64,000 nt of DNA, from contig CH464491.1 in NCBI GenBank assembly GCA_000002445.1, forward strand, positions 3,712,001-3,776,000, read 5' to 3'. The position numbers were made by a program, and so were the translations under genes. Shown here one piece after another: positions 1 to 12,740 of this stretch. The stretch is from Trypanosoma brucei. Its lineage: Eukaryota. Numbering within the stretch: position 1 is the stretch's first letter; each line of letters starts with the position of its first letter. The notes below the pieces were generated by a model, which was given only the letters and a program-made list of their open reading frames with translations, had not been told where the DNA came from and searched no databases.

Positions 1-692
1 GGTCTGTTTATATTTGTGCATTTGTAAGAAGTATTGTATCTGTTGTTGGTATGTAACGTGTTGCACCGCGTCGGCAACTCATTTCCCCCCCTTTATTCTT
101 TTATGCTTCTGCGCTTTTAATTCTCCCATTTTTCTTTTTCTTTACGTATGTGTCTATTTCCTCATCCCCTTTCTGCAACGATACTGCGGTAACGGGAACA
201 ATAGGACTTTAGGAGACAAAAAGAGAAAATAAAGCCACACAACGGGTAAGTGTGAAGGAAGGGAAACAACAGAAGAGTAAAAAACAAAGGAAGTGAAAAC
301 GAAGCAAGGAGAAATAAAAGAAAGGTCAGCGAAAATTGGGAAAAAAGTGCAAAAAAAGAAAAGGAATTAGAAAGCCCCCAAACAAAAACATACGTTTATA
401 GAAACAGCACCTATCAAGGAAAGTTAGAAGGAAGGAAATCCGTCCAAAAAGAAAAAAAAAGAGGTTGGTGCCAGTGACCGCAATCATAATCGCTTTTTGA
501 TCTCTCAAGGACTTTCCACAGGAGGAAAGGGAAAGGAGGAGAGAAAAGCACATCAGTTTGCGAGTTTCTTGCATAGCGTAGAAACAGAGAGAACGAGAAA
601 AGTGTTTCTGTCCCTAGTGATTTAAATAAGAGGAAGTTGACGCAAAGGGAGGAAACCAAGAGGAAGTGTAAAAGAGAGAGAGACGGAGGAGA

Positions 693-722
693 ATATATAT
701 ATATATATATAAATATATATAC
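693..722. repeat. (AT)n dinucleotide microsatellite inside a purine-rich upstream spacer
   Basis: Direct reading: gaatatatatatatatatatataaatatatatac. The surrounding 230-700 is A/G-rich on the + strand. Confidence 0.9.
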
Positions 723-951
723 TGTGTTTTTGTTTTTGAACTTTATTTTCCCATATTCGATAACCGGCGCGATTGTTTGATAAATCACTTCTGTCGTTGT
801 GTTGATTGATTTGAATCCCTTGAAAAGTATTGAACCCGGAAACATCCGTCGGTTTCTCTGCACAGAGCTGTACGCCTTGTGCTGAAAAGCCGCAGACATT
901 CAACCATAGGTATCCACTTCAACCCGAGCTTGTGCATCCTCCACGTGAGTA

Positions 952-2502
952 ATGGACAGCATCACTGCAAACGATTACGATACGGAGTCAATGAAAGGTT
1001 TGTACAATGTCACACTCGAGGTTACAAAGTCCCCCTCCGGGGTCCATAGTGACAACAATGGTGACGCCGATGAGGCAGAAACCAATAAAGGCTACAAAAA
1101 TGTCAATCCAGATTGTGTGAATGCATTAGCCGCCAATAACTCTCGCAAGCAGGAGGAGAAGTACCTCGCGATGTTTAACGATTTTAATTCACACAATCTA
1201 CTCGATGTCCCAGATTCTGCGAGTCCGCCAAGATATCAACCAACTCTCTCAGGTGTGGATTACACCTTTTCCTACGTGGGGTCATCCCCCTTCGCCTCTG
1301 TTGTGCAAACAAACGATGCAGATGGTACCCCGGAAGGAAGAATGGAGCCGCTTTCAGACGCGTACCCTTCTGCTAACGGAAACGCACATCAGTCGTCGGC
1401 AAATGAACCGTCAAACAATGCGCCCTGCGTTTACGCCTCCATTGAAACATCTCCACTGCAAGGCCGTCGTCTTAATTTTCGAGCGTTTCTCACGAAGAAA
1501 ACCGTCCCCACTTCGATTATGAAAGAGGGCCAGGCTGGAGTGTTTGTTGGGCAGCTTCCTTCCACTTACACGGAGGAGGATACTGCTGCGTTGCTACGGG
1601 CGATTGGTGACGACGCGGGTGTACCAGTTCACGTACGAGACGTGAAGAGTCACAACCAAAGCCGTACATGCGCCTTCGTAACAGTCAATCAAGGGGCTCT
1701 GCAGGTGCTACTTGGCTATTCGAAGCGTGTTTTGTGTGATTCCGTTTGCGTATGGGTTGTAGAACCTGAGAAGGCACAGTATCTGAAGGACTTTGTAGAT
1801 GGATTGGTGCGGGAGCGATTGCGTGGCGTCCCGAAGGCAGCACTTGTGTTGGAACAACTCACACCGCAGTATGTAAGAGGGCAGGCTAGTGGCGGAAAGG
1901 AGTGGAAAGGTGCAAGTCCCCATGGAAGAGATGTTATGGGTCCTGTGGATGGTTTCTTTATGGCAATGCCCACTATGATAACTTCCACCGCTCCTCCACC
2001 ACCGCCGCCCAATGGCTCCGAAGGCCAAGTTGTCGCAGGCACTCATATGCCGATGAGTGTTTTGATGCCTTCGTGGGGAGCCGTCCAGCAAACGGCGGGA
2101 AGACGACCCACCGCTGCTCCTAACGGGTCGCAGGTGGTGGGTGCATTTCCTGGTGCTAATATTTATGGTAATCCAGGTGCTTGCTTTATTGCGGTACCTC
2201 CACCAGGCCCTGTTGCGGCTCGTTCACAGCAAGTGAATCTTTGCGTGATGGCCCCGGGTACGGGCGCTATGCAACCGGTGCCATATGTAACAAATTATGC
2301 CGGTGGAAATATGTACGCCCAAGCCGCCACTGCTGGTAGTGCCCCTGCTACGGTAACTATGCAACAGGCGGGTACGAGTGCATCACCCGTGCAAGTTGGA
2401 ATGGGTGGTTTCGGCCAGCAGGTTGCAGGTGGCTCTACCGTATATTTGCAATCCGTCCCACCTTATGCGTTACATCAGGTATTGCAGCAGCCGCAACAAT
2501 AG
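952..2502 (+). CDS. RNA-binding protein with a single RRM-like domain and a Q/G/A/P-rich low-complexity C-terminal half
   Basis: ATG at 952 lies downstream of a polyY tract (~740-760) with AG. The ORF is 516 aa. The central region carries RNP2-like VFVGQL and RNP1-like RTCAFVTV in an RRM-like arrangement. The C-terminus is rich in PPPPPP, GA and Q repeats. Confidence 0.7.
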   Translation: MDSITANDYDTESMKGLYNVTLEVTKSPSGVHSDNNGDADEAETNKGYKNVNPDCVNALAANNSRKQEEKYLAMFNDFNSHNLLDVPDSASPPRYQPTLSGVDYTFSYVGSSPFASVVQTNDADGTPEGRMEPLSDAYPSANGNAHQSSANEPSNNAPCVYASIETSPLQGRRLNFRAFLTKKTVPTSIMKEGQAGVFVGQLPSTYTEEDTAALLRAIGDDAGVPVHVRDVKSHNQSRTCAFVTVNQGALQVLLGYSKRVLCDSVCVWVVEPEKAQYLKDFVDGLVRERLRGVPKAALVLEQLTPQYVRGQASGGKEWKGASPHGRDVMGPVDGFFMAMPTMITSTAPPPPPPNGSEGQVVAGTHMPMSVLMPSWGAVQQTAGRRPTAAPNGSQVVGAFPGANIYGNPGACFIAVPPPGPVAARSQQVNLCVMAPGTGAMQPVPYVTNYAGGNMYAQAATAGSAPATVTMQQAGTSASPVQVGMGGFGQQVAGGSTVYLQSVPPYALHQVLQQPQQ

Positions 2503-4284
2503 GGGGAAAGTGTGCGTGTGAGTAAAAACCTGCCCTTCGTCCTTTCGACTCATGTTTGCGTATATAAATATATATATATATATTTATTTTTATATGTGTG
2601 TGTGTTTGCGACATTTGATGGTGGAAACTATTTTGACACGAAACGCTTTTCTTTTCTTGACTGTATATTTACGTGATCGTACACCACTTCTTGTGCTTTT
2701 GTTTTTGTTTTTCTTGTTATTTATGATTCGAACAGTATTTGGGAAAGTTTGTTGGTTTGTTTGTTTTTTGTCGATATTGCTTTTTGGGAGTATTTTTGTT
2801 TTTTTTTTGTAGAAGATGATACTAATGCTAAACACAAGGGATATTTGTAAATACAGCAAAGATATGAAGTCGAAACAATAACAAAGAAAAAAAGCTTTAA
2901 AAAAAAATCACTCTACCAGCGTGAGCATCTTACAGAGTTTGGAGCAGTCGTAAATTTCCTCTTTTATTTGGTTGATCAAATCATTTGTCCTTTTTTTTTC
3001 TTTGTATCACTTCTATTTTTTCTTTATTTCTCGTTGAAAGAGGACAGAGACGAGAGGAATTCGCTGCTCTAATGATGTTGGGTGACTCAAAGGAATTGTG
3101 ATTTCTTTTTTTTTTTCCTTTTTTCCTTTTTTTTTCTTCGTTACCTTATTTGAATGGGAAAGGGAGGGAAAGGATGAGCGTTTGAAATGAAGGAGAGTTG
3201 AGTCTGACTCCCCCATTCCTTCAAAATATTATTTAAAAAAAATGACAAATAATATTTAATAACTAATATACGATAAAGTGAAGAAAAAAATGGGGATAAT
3301 TTTTTTTTTTATTTAAAACAAAGTCAAGAAAGAAAAAAAAGAAGGAAAGAAAATATCGACAATAGTGAACACGCTGCCTGTCGATTTTTTTTTTCTTTCC
3401 TTCTTTTTTTTCTTTTCTTTCATTTTCCTATTTTCTTGTGTGGGATTTGTGACGGTGGGGACATCACCCCAACTATGGGAACCGTGGGATATAATTTGGG
3501 AAGTGAAATAAATAAATAAATGGAAAAACTCATCGCACTGTTGTGGATAAAAACAATACCAATGGAGTGAATGAGTAAATTGAAAAAAAAATCAGATTTA
3601 AATAAATAAACAAAGGAATGGGGGAAAATGAAATTAAAATAAGGGAAAAAACAAAAATCATCCCGACAGCGCTTGAGTGGGTGAAGACGAAGTTAAAGCA
3701 TAATTAATGGGAGAAGGGAAGAGGGAAAAAATCAATGGCGTACGGAATATATAAATAAATTTAATATGTAAGTTGTAAGATGATATATAAATAAACAAAT
3801 ATATATATATATTAACACATACAAAAAAGGGCAAACGTAAAGTGAGGGGTATGTGTATGTTTTGTATACGTGGAGTGCGGTAGCTTTGGAATGAACGAGA
3901 GGGAAAAGGAAAACAAGAAGCGAGTCGGTGGGTGTACACAACAACAATATAAAAGAGAAATAATAATAATAATAATAATAATATATATATTTGTATAAAT
4001 ATGATAGAAAGTGTGATGAAAGGGAAGTGGTGCTGGTGCTTATTCGTTTAGGTTTTTCTTTTCTCTAAAAGTTTTCCACTTGTTTGGTTTTGTAAACTCA
4101 ATGATGCACATAATTGAAGTGTGACAACAGTTTTGAGCCGGTTATCTTTTTTTTTTGTTTTGCACGCTAGTGGAGGAAAAGAAATTGAGGACAAGAATAT
4201 GAAAGTTTCACACAAATACACAAATAAATAGTTAAAGCGCGCACATTTACAAAAAAATATGAGAGAAGGAAGCCCTGTCCTCAA

Positions 4285-4545
4285 TTGTTATCTTTATTAT
4301 TATTGTTATTATTATTTTTTTCCCCCTTAGCGTTGCTTTCTCATGTCTTCTCTTTTTTTCTTTTTTACTCTTTTTACTTTTTTTTACTTTTTTTTTTAAA
4401 AAAATATTTTACTTCTTCATTGTATTTGCCTCTGTTCGTTCACACCTTTCTTTTACTTTTTTTTTTCTCCCCGTTCGTGTTTTTTTTTTTGACTGCTTAC
4501 GCTTTCCTTTGTTTTTGTTTTTTGTTATATTATTTTGGTTGAACG
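4285..4545 (+). repeat. ~260-nt pyrimidine-rich (T>>C) tract with embedded (TTA)n/(TTG)n
   Basis: Direct reading: tctttattattattgttattattatttttttccccc...ttttgttttttgttatattattttgg, almost free of purines. Confidence 0.8.
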
Positions 4546-5260
4546 TATAACTTCTTCGCGTTGTCGTATACCATATGACCAGAAGAAAGGAGAATTAAAG
4601 GAAAAAAGAAAAAGAAAAAGAAAACAAAAATAAAAGAAAAGAAAGGACGCTTTCATTTTTTTTTTCCCCCTTTCCTTTTCTTTTGCAATCCCTTTTTTCT
4701 TTTCTTTTCTCTTTCCTTTTTTTTCTTTGCGTGTGTTTTTTTTTTTTTACATTTCCCTCACATTTTAAGAGATGAGAGAAGGAACGAGTTAGTGATGTAA
4801 TATGAAAAAAGAGGAAAAAAGAAAACAATATTGACGAGAGGATATATATATATATATGCTTTGAATGAAAAAAAAAATAAAGTAATGATTAAAAAATCAC
4901 TGATTTTATTATTACTATTATTATTACTGTTATTATTATTATTACTCATATCAGCTTACTCATAGTTGTCGTTGACTGTGTTTTGTTTCTTATTATTTTT
5001 ATTTCCGTGCTTCTTTTCGGTTTATTTCCGTTTGGTACACTTTTGGACCAATGGAAGAAAAAAAAAAAAAGAAAATAAATGAAACGAAAAGAGAGAATTT
5101 CTCACTCTTTGTTTATTTTACTTTCCTTACTTTTTCTCTTTTTCTTTTTTTTTCTCAAATTTTTTTGTTAAAATTCTTTTCTTTCTGTCGTTGTGTTCCC
5201 ATGAAACCGTGTTGGTAACACTGACAAAGAAAGAAAGGGGATTATTTTATATTTACCAGG

Positions 5261-5525
5261 GAGAAAAAGAAAAAAAAAAGGTAAATAACAATGAAGCAAC
5301 AGATGAAAACAGAAGCAACAAAATATAGATAAAAAGAAGGAAAAAAGAAAAAGAAAAAAAGGAGAAGAAAAAAAAAAGAGAAAGAACTTTTAGGACAAAA
5401 CATGAAACAAAGCAAAAAAAAAAGAAAAAATGAAAAAAAAAAGAACAAACACACACTAAAAACACGAAAGAAAGGAAAAGGAAAAGGAAAAGAAAAAGAA
5501 AAAATGAAAAAAAAAAGAAAAACAC
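5261..5525 (+). repeat. ~265-nt near-pure polypurine (A>>G) tract
   Basis: Direct reading: gagaaaaagaaaaaaaaaag...gaaaggaaaaggaaaaggaaaagaaaaag...aaaaaaaaagaaaaac, with only scattered C/T. Confidence 0.85.
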
Positions 5526-6082
5526 GTTTGTATTTAATAATGGGGAAATGGAGTCCCTTTCTTTTCATTTCATTTCTTTCCTTCTTTATTCTCTCTCACA
5601 TAGATGGACAGTACGAGATATGCATTCACAGCAAACCAAAAAAATAAATAAATAAATAAAACAACCACTAATGATAATAATAACAGCGACAGCTAAATAT
5701 ATTAGTTTATGTTGCTTTTTTTCTTTTTTCTTTTTTCTTTTTTGTTTTTAACACTTTCACTCACTCTTTCACTTTTCCTCTTGTGTTATATATTTTTACA
5801 TTTTTATATTTTGAAATTTTTTTTTTTAAAAAATGCGCGGGCCCCCCCTTTTATTAAAGTTCCACCCCCCATTTCCCTTTCCACTGGCCTTCTTTTTTTT
5901 TTTTTATCTTTTTTTTTTAAAGGAGGAAAAAAAAGCAACAACAGCAACGACAAAAAGAGAGAAGTGAAGGAATGAAAATGAAAATGAAATAAATGGAGGT
6001 GCGTGTGTTGGGGGTTTGGGGGAGGGAAAATGAAATTTCAGTTTTTGGGCCCGTGCTTCACCTCAAACAAAAATAAAAAATA

Positions 6083-6135
6083 AAAAAGAATAATAATAAT
6101 AATAACAACAACAACTATTATTATTACTGTTAAAA
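6083..6135. repeat. Compound trinucleotide repeat (AAT)5(AAC)4 followed by (TTA)n, with inverted-repeat character
   Basis: Direct reading: aataataataataataacaacaacaactattattattactgtt. (AAT)n and (TTA)n are reverse complements on the same strand, so a hairpin or cruciform could form. Confidence 0.7.
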
Positions 6136-9100
6136 AAAAGGAGATTTTTTTTCTTTTTTGGAGAGATGGAAGGAAGGGAAAATATTTTTGTGTTTGATGT
6201 TTGTGGGTGTGTGCGTTTTGATGTTCTTATGTCGTTTTTTTTGTTTTTTTGTTTTATTTTGTTCCCCTTTTGTATACTTATTTATGTAATGGAAGTGGAG
6301 AGGAAAAGAATGAGGAGAGAGGTGAATAAAATAAAGATAATAAAAAAAATAAAAGTAATAACACAACGTTATATCAAATGCAATGGAAGAGAGAAACAAG
6401 AGGAAGGGGGAAAAAATGAAAAAAAAAAAGGAAACACACATTTTTTGAACATGCACTTGAACGCTTGAATGAATAAGCGGATGTATGAATACAAATTAAA
6501 GAAAAAAAACAGGTGGAGTATATGAAAAATATGAATGGAGAAAATGAAAGACATGTTGAATTCGTTGAATTGCATTTGGTTGAAATGAAATGAAAAGAGA
6601 AGAAAAGAAAAGATGTACGTATGAATGAATGGATGATTGAAAGCATTACATTGACGAAAGAAAGAAAAGAGAGAAAAGTATACGAGAAAAAACACACATA
6701 CATACACATGAGTACATATATATATTTTTATACATTAGTATATGTTTATATAAATGTGTATGTATCAAACAAACAAACAAAAGAAAGTAAATATGTGATG
6801 GAGAGGCAGAACAAATTGAAGGAAATATTGCGAATGTTTCAGCAGAGAATAAAAACTGGAAAACAAAAAGAAAAAGGAAAAAGGAAAAAGAAAGAAAGAG
6901 AGGGAACGGAACAGCAATAGCACCCATACACACATACACAAACAGAAAAAAAAAAAAGAACAAAAGAAAAACAAAGGCAGAAACAAGAGCGATTAACAGA
7001 AACATTTTTTTTTAAAAAAAAGAGAAAGAAAGAAAGAAGGAAAGAGAAAGAAAATTTAAGTTGAAATTTTTATTTCTTTTCAACTTAAAACGTTTGTGGT
7101 GACGGCTGTGAAGGAAAGTAATAATAATGAGATGGATGATGGAGGGGAGCCCAACGTGGAGATGAAAAGAGCGTTTTATTTTGTTTTAATTTTTCCTTGA
7201 ACACTGAAGGGGGAGGGAAGCTTCTTTTTTTTTTTTCACTTAAAAAAAAAAAATTAAAACTCTGCGAGAGCAGAGAAGAGGGGAGGTGTGGAGATCTTCT
7301 TTTTTTTCTTTTTATCTTTAAATAAGTATCAATTAGATAATGGAGGGACGAGTTTATTAATATAAATTCTGTAGAAGGATACAGAACGACAAACTAATTG
7401 AAATATGAAAGGAAAAAAAAATGAAAATAATAACAATAATAATAATATTAAGGTAGGAGAAAGTCAGTTATTTACAAATTAATCAAACGTCTCACATGCA
7501 CCTCACACATTGAAAGGAAGGAAAGTAAATAGATCAATTAATTAATTAATTCAAAGGCCGATGGAAGTGAAAGGAGTGAAAGAAAAAGAAAAATGAAATA
7601 AAATAACAAAGACAGAAAAAAGAAAAAGACCAAACAAAAGAAGTGGTGTTGCGTATATTTGTACCGAATGGGAAGCCAATGGCGCAAGGCGGTGAGTTGA
7701 AGGGGACTTTTTTTTTTTGTGGAAGTTCCACCTTTTGCTCTTGCTTATTTTTTTTTTTTAAAAAAGAATTTAAATGCTTTTATTTTTCTTTTTTCTTTTT
7801 CTTCTTCTTTTTCGTTTTGTCACGCTGATATTATCAACTTCACCGTCCGTTTCGCTATTTTTGTTTTGTCTTCCTTCACTTCCTTTCCGTCAAAACGTTA
7901 AGCGGCAAAGCGAAAACAAAAAAAAGGTGTGGGGATGGGAGTGGGAAAAAAAAAATGGAAAATTTTCGTGAGAGTTTTTTTTTTTGTGGGAGAATTATAA
8001 TATTTGGTGGAAATTTTCTTTTTTCTTTTTGTTTTTTTTTAATTTTGTAAGTTGAACGAAACAAAATATATATATTTCTATGGATGAAAATGCGCATACA
8101 AAAGTGCATCGTAATTTTGAAAATATGAGGGATAATAAAAAAGGATTAAAAAAAAAAGAGAAGAGAAGCGTAGGGAATAGCTACTTTTCTTTTCCTTTTT
8201 TATTTTATTTTTCGTTGTAACATTAAACTATTTGAAGAAACTAAAGCGATGGGAGGGGAATAAATAATAATAATAATAATGATAAGAGAGAAAGAGATAT
8301 GGAGGAATAGATAAAAGATAAATTTTGCATTTTATGCGTATGTGTGAAGGAGATGGGAGAGGTGTGAAATATAAATTTATAAATAAAGGGAAATGGACCA
8401 AAAGGAGAGAGAGGGGTTGGAACAGAGGAGGAGGAGGAGGAGGAAAAAAAAAAGAAAGACAGGAAGAATAAAAATACAATTAAGAGGAAAACCTGAAGGA
8501 TAGCAAAAAATATATCAACAAAGAAACAAAAAAAAACAAAAAAAATAAAATGCTTGGTTGCATGACATAATATGAACATGCAATACTTTGATGGATTTTT
8601 CTTTTTCTTTTTTTTTTCTTTGGAGGGAGAGGTGTATGGGAGTGGGGTTTGCCTATCTTTTTGTTTAGTTTTGTACGCCATTCCTTTTTATTTTTATTTT
8701 GTTATTTACTTATATTCATTTATATTGTTGTATTTTTCCATTTGTACGCCATATGCACGTGTGAGATACGCGCTCACATTTTTGGCTCCCACTTGTTAAT
8801 TTCGTTCTTGTTTTTTTTTGTTTGTGTGTGTGGCTCCTTTTCCGCCCTCTTTTCTTTTCTTTCCCTTTTTTTTTGTTTTTTGCATTTGTATTTGCATTTG
8901 TGTGACTCATGCTGCTGCTTTGAATATCACATTTTTTTTTTTGTGAATCTGTAGAGTCGAAGACGGTGAGATGATGATATCAAAGAAAAAAAAAGAAAAG
9001 GGAAAACAAAAAAAATGTTAATGAAAAAAATGTATTGAAAAAAAAAGAGAAATACAAAAAAGGCACAAATGGAAATTAAGTCACGGAGGAAGTGGCTGTG

Positions 9101-11801
9101 TTAAGTTTTGTTTTCCTTTTGGCTCTTATAAATATATGTTTGCATTATATTGTGCCTTTTTTGTATTTCTTTTTTTTTTTTGTTAGGGAACTGCTTTTTA
9201 TTTTCCTTATTTTGGAGAGTCTCTGGAAAGAAAAAAAAACAATCGAAATAGGTGAATAGCGGAAATCGACAGTGCATGAAAAAAGAAAAAATGAAAAAAA
9301 AAGGAAAATGAGATTCATTTGAGGAAATATTTCGAAAAGAAAAGATTTGGTACATTACGGCTTCTCATTTGTGTTATGTTTTGAAGTTGATGAAAGCACA
9401 GACATGTAAGTGTGTGCTTGAAGATGTATATATTTATATATTTATATATGAATGGAGGATTTTTTTTTTCCAAGAGAAAAATCATTATTGTGAAGGTCAC
9501 GCACCGCTTCCTTTTCTTGTATATATTTGTATTGAAGAAAAAGAAAATGGAAATGGAAATCCATACGGTTGCTTATAATATAAATATGGACGACAGGACA
9601 GAAGATATAACATTGATATGAAGGAGGGAGAAAGAGAAAAAGAAAAAAAGAAAGAGAAAGGAATGTGATATTATTTTATCATATGGTACACAATGGTGAA
9701 ATGCATTGTCGTCCGCTTCTTCTTTCTTTCTTTTTTTTAAAAAAAAACTGTTTGTTTGATTTCTAATTTTATTCCTTAATGTGAAGCGATGCCACAGGCC
9801 TCGTTTTTTTCTTTTTCTTTTTCTCCTTGTTTTTTCGTGCTTTTTAACTTTCGCTACTCTTTCATTGCTTCTGTTGCTGCTGTCGTCAATATCATACTCG
9901 CTTTTTTTTTTCAAATTAATTCTCTTCCGCTACGGTGGGGCGGGCGGTGCCGCGTATCCCCTTCAACTTTCCAACATTTTAAGCGGTTCCTTCAAAATAT
10001 ATTTTTAAAAAATGAAAAAAATGAAAAAAAAATCAAGAGAAAACAGAAATGGAAATGTGAGAGAAGGGGGAGGGGAAAAAAAAAAAGAAGAAAAGGCACC
10101 ACCACGCTTTTGGATATCCGCACATGACTGATGTGCGTTTCTTTTTTTTTTTTTGCTGTGATAGGTTTATTATTATTATTAATATTATTAATATTACCAT
10201 CTTTTTTTTTTTTTAAAGAAAAAACTTTTTCGCTCTTCGCTCCTTTGAATAATATGCTAGCGGGAAGCGAAATATGTCCATTGTTCCTTTTGTTTCTTGC
10301 TTCTGTACGTGTTTTCTTTCCCCCCTCTTTTTTATTGCTTTGCTTCAGTAGGAAAATTAGTGGAGGTTGAATATATATTTCAGTTCGGAAGAAGAGGAGG
10401 AAATAAAATATGAAATGAAATAAAAAAAAATGAAATGAAAATTAAATTAAATTTGAGCAGAGAGAGGCTCCAAGGGAAGTAAATAAAATTAAGAAAACAA
10501 CAACAACAACAAAGAATGAATGATTTAATTAATTAACATAAATGAATAGGAGAGGAGTCAGGTGAGAAGATGAGAAGGAAGGGTAAAAGATTTGAATAAA
10601 TCGGAGAGATTTATCCGTTTGGTTGTTTTTGGAGAAGCGAAACTTTAAACTCTTTTCTTTCCTGATTTGTTTTTTTCTCCTGTACATTGTTTTCTATATA
10701 TATATAAATATATATATATGTATTCTTTATGTATGTATGCATTTATGTATTTGCTTCATCTTCTGCAGGCCCATCCATCCATTCATCCATCCTAAAATGA
10801 AAGTAATATATAAATATTGCAAACAACAAAAGGAAAATAATTTTATATAATTTTTTTTTTTCGTGTGGGGGTGTATGCAGATGAGATTTTATATTGCGTT
10901 TTGGTGCTCAATCAACACCATCACAGCTGGTGGAGAGTTTTTTTGTTAGAAGAAAAAAAAAGAAAGCAAAAAAGAGAAGAAAAGGATAATAATAAAAAAA
11001 AAGAGTGTTTTGGGGGAAATGGAGAGAATTAAAAAATAAGAAGAAATAATACCAGTGAGTTGCATGGGATTGTGGTACATAAATTATTCCGTAGCGATAT
11101 TTCTTCTTTTTTTTCTTTTTTACATTTTAATTGAAGGGCTGCCGCACAGACGCCTTCCTTTTATGCCTTTGGACTACAATAATTTATGGAGTTTCACTTT
11201 ACTTTTTTCTTTTGGGTTTTTTTGTTTTGTTTTCGGTGGAAACAATCCGTTGTTATAATTATAAATAAGTGAGTGTGAACAGGAGGTGTTATTTTATTAA
11301 TTTTCTCATTACTGTTGTTGTAAACGTTTATTACTGTTTTCTGTTTTGCATCGCTTGGGTGCTTGTGTGTGGTTTATTTGTATTTGTGTCGGAAGCATAT
11401 AAATATAAGTTTTTTTTTAAAAAAAAGAATAAATTTATTTGTATTTTGTTACTGTTTTTTTTTTCCCCTTTGCTTCCGCTGTTGTTGTTATTGCTGTTGT
11501 TCGGTTTTACATCCCTATGGCACGACGTTAAGCAAAATTTTTATTTTTCGATTCAAACGATTCTTCAGACGATTTCTTCGTATGCTTCTTCCATTTTCCC
11601 TAATCGCTTTTTCATGTCTGTTTTTGTTCGTTTTTTTTTTTGTACTTCACTGATTGCTCACTACTTCCGCTTCCCTCTTCCCTCTTTTCTCTTCTCCATT
11701 ACTTTTTATTTTTATTATTTTATTGTTATTATCAATATTATTATTATTATTACTGCTCGCATATTGCAGGGGTTTGAGCGAGGAGAAAAGGAGGAAAATA
11801 G

Positions 11802-11860
11802 TATATATATATATATATATATATAATTTATATAATATATATAATATATTTATATATTTT
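11802..11860. repeat. (AT)n / (TATAA)-type dinucleotide microsatellite
   Basis: Direct reading: gtatatatatatatatatatatataatttatataatatatataatatatttatatatt. Confidence 0.85.
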
Positions 11861-12702
11861 TCAGAGTGGTTGTGCACTTTAGGGACATCGTCTCGTTTTC
11901 GTATCTCCTCCCCACACACAAAAAGAAAAATTATGCAAATTTACGTCGCTGCTGTTAACTTCCTTTTGTTGTTTTTTTTTCTTATATTCATTCCTTATTT
12001 CATTTAAATTATATTGTAACCGTCTTACATCATTATTAGTGTCGTCATTACTATTATTATTATTATTACCGTTGAGTTGTTGTTGTTGTTGTTGTTGTTC
12101 TTTGTGTGTTTATTTATCTATGAAATGTTACTGTTACTATTACCTGATGTTCGTTGATGCCGTCTCTGTTTTTTTTCTTCTGTTTCTTATGTTTTATTTT
12201 CTTCTTTTTTTCCCCCTTTTTTTTTCCTCCTCCCCGCCATTACCCGTTGATTTGTTATTTCCGGCTCCTCCAACCTGCCGTCAACAACTATTTCTCTCTC
12301 TTTTTTCTCTCTCTCTTTTTTTTTGATTTATTATTTCGTTCACTGCCATCTTTTCTTTACCTTTTTAGTTTTTTTTTTGTTTTCCATTCCGTTACTTTGT
12401 GTATTTGATGCCGCTGCCGCTTTTGGAGGAAGGACAAATAACCCAAGTGGTGTGATGATTATCATCACAAAAAGTAATAGTAATATCAATATTTGTTTTT
12501 TTGTTGTTATTATTAATAATTAAGAGAAAAAAGTTATCATTTTTTTTTCTTGGTTTTTGATATTGAGTGGTATGGGAAAGCTGAATATAGAAATATATAT
12601 CTCGAAAGCGAAGAGTCGAAACGGTACATGAAACTTAAGATCATTTTCTTCTTTTTTTTAATTTGTTTTTTACTTTTTTCCTTCTTCTTTCACATATACA
12701 CA

Positions 12703-12708
12703 CATATA

Positions 12709-12739
<31 letters not shown>

Positions 12740-12740
12740 T
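12703..12740. repeat. (AT)n microsatellite flanked by (CA) units
   Basis: Direct reading: cacatatatatatatatatatatatacatatatatatatt. Confidence 0.85.
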
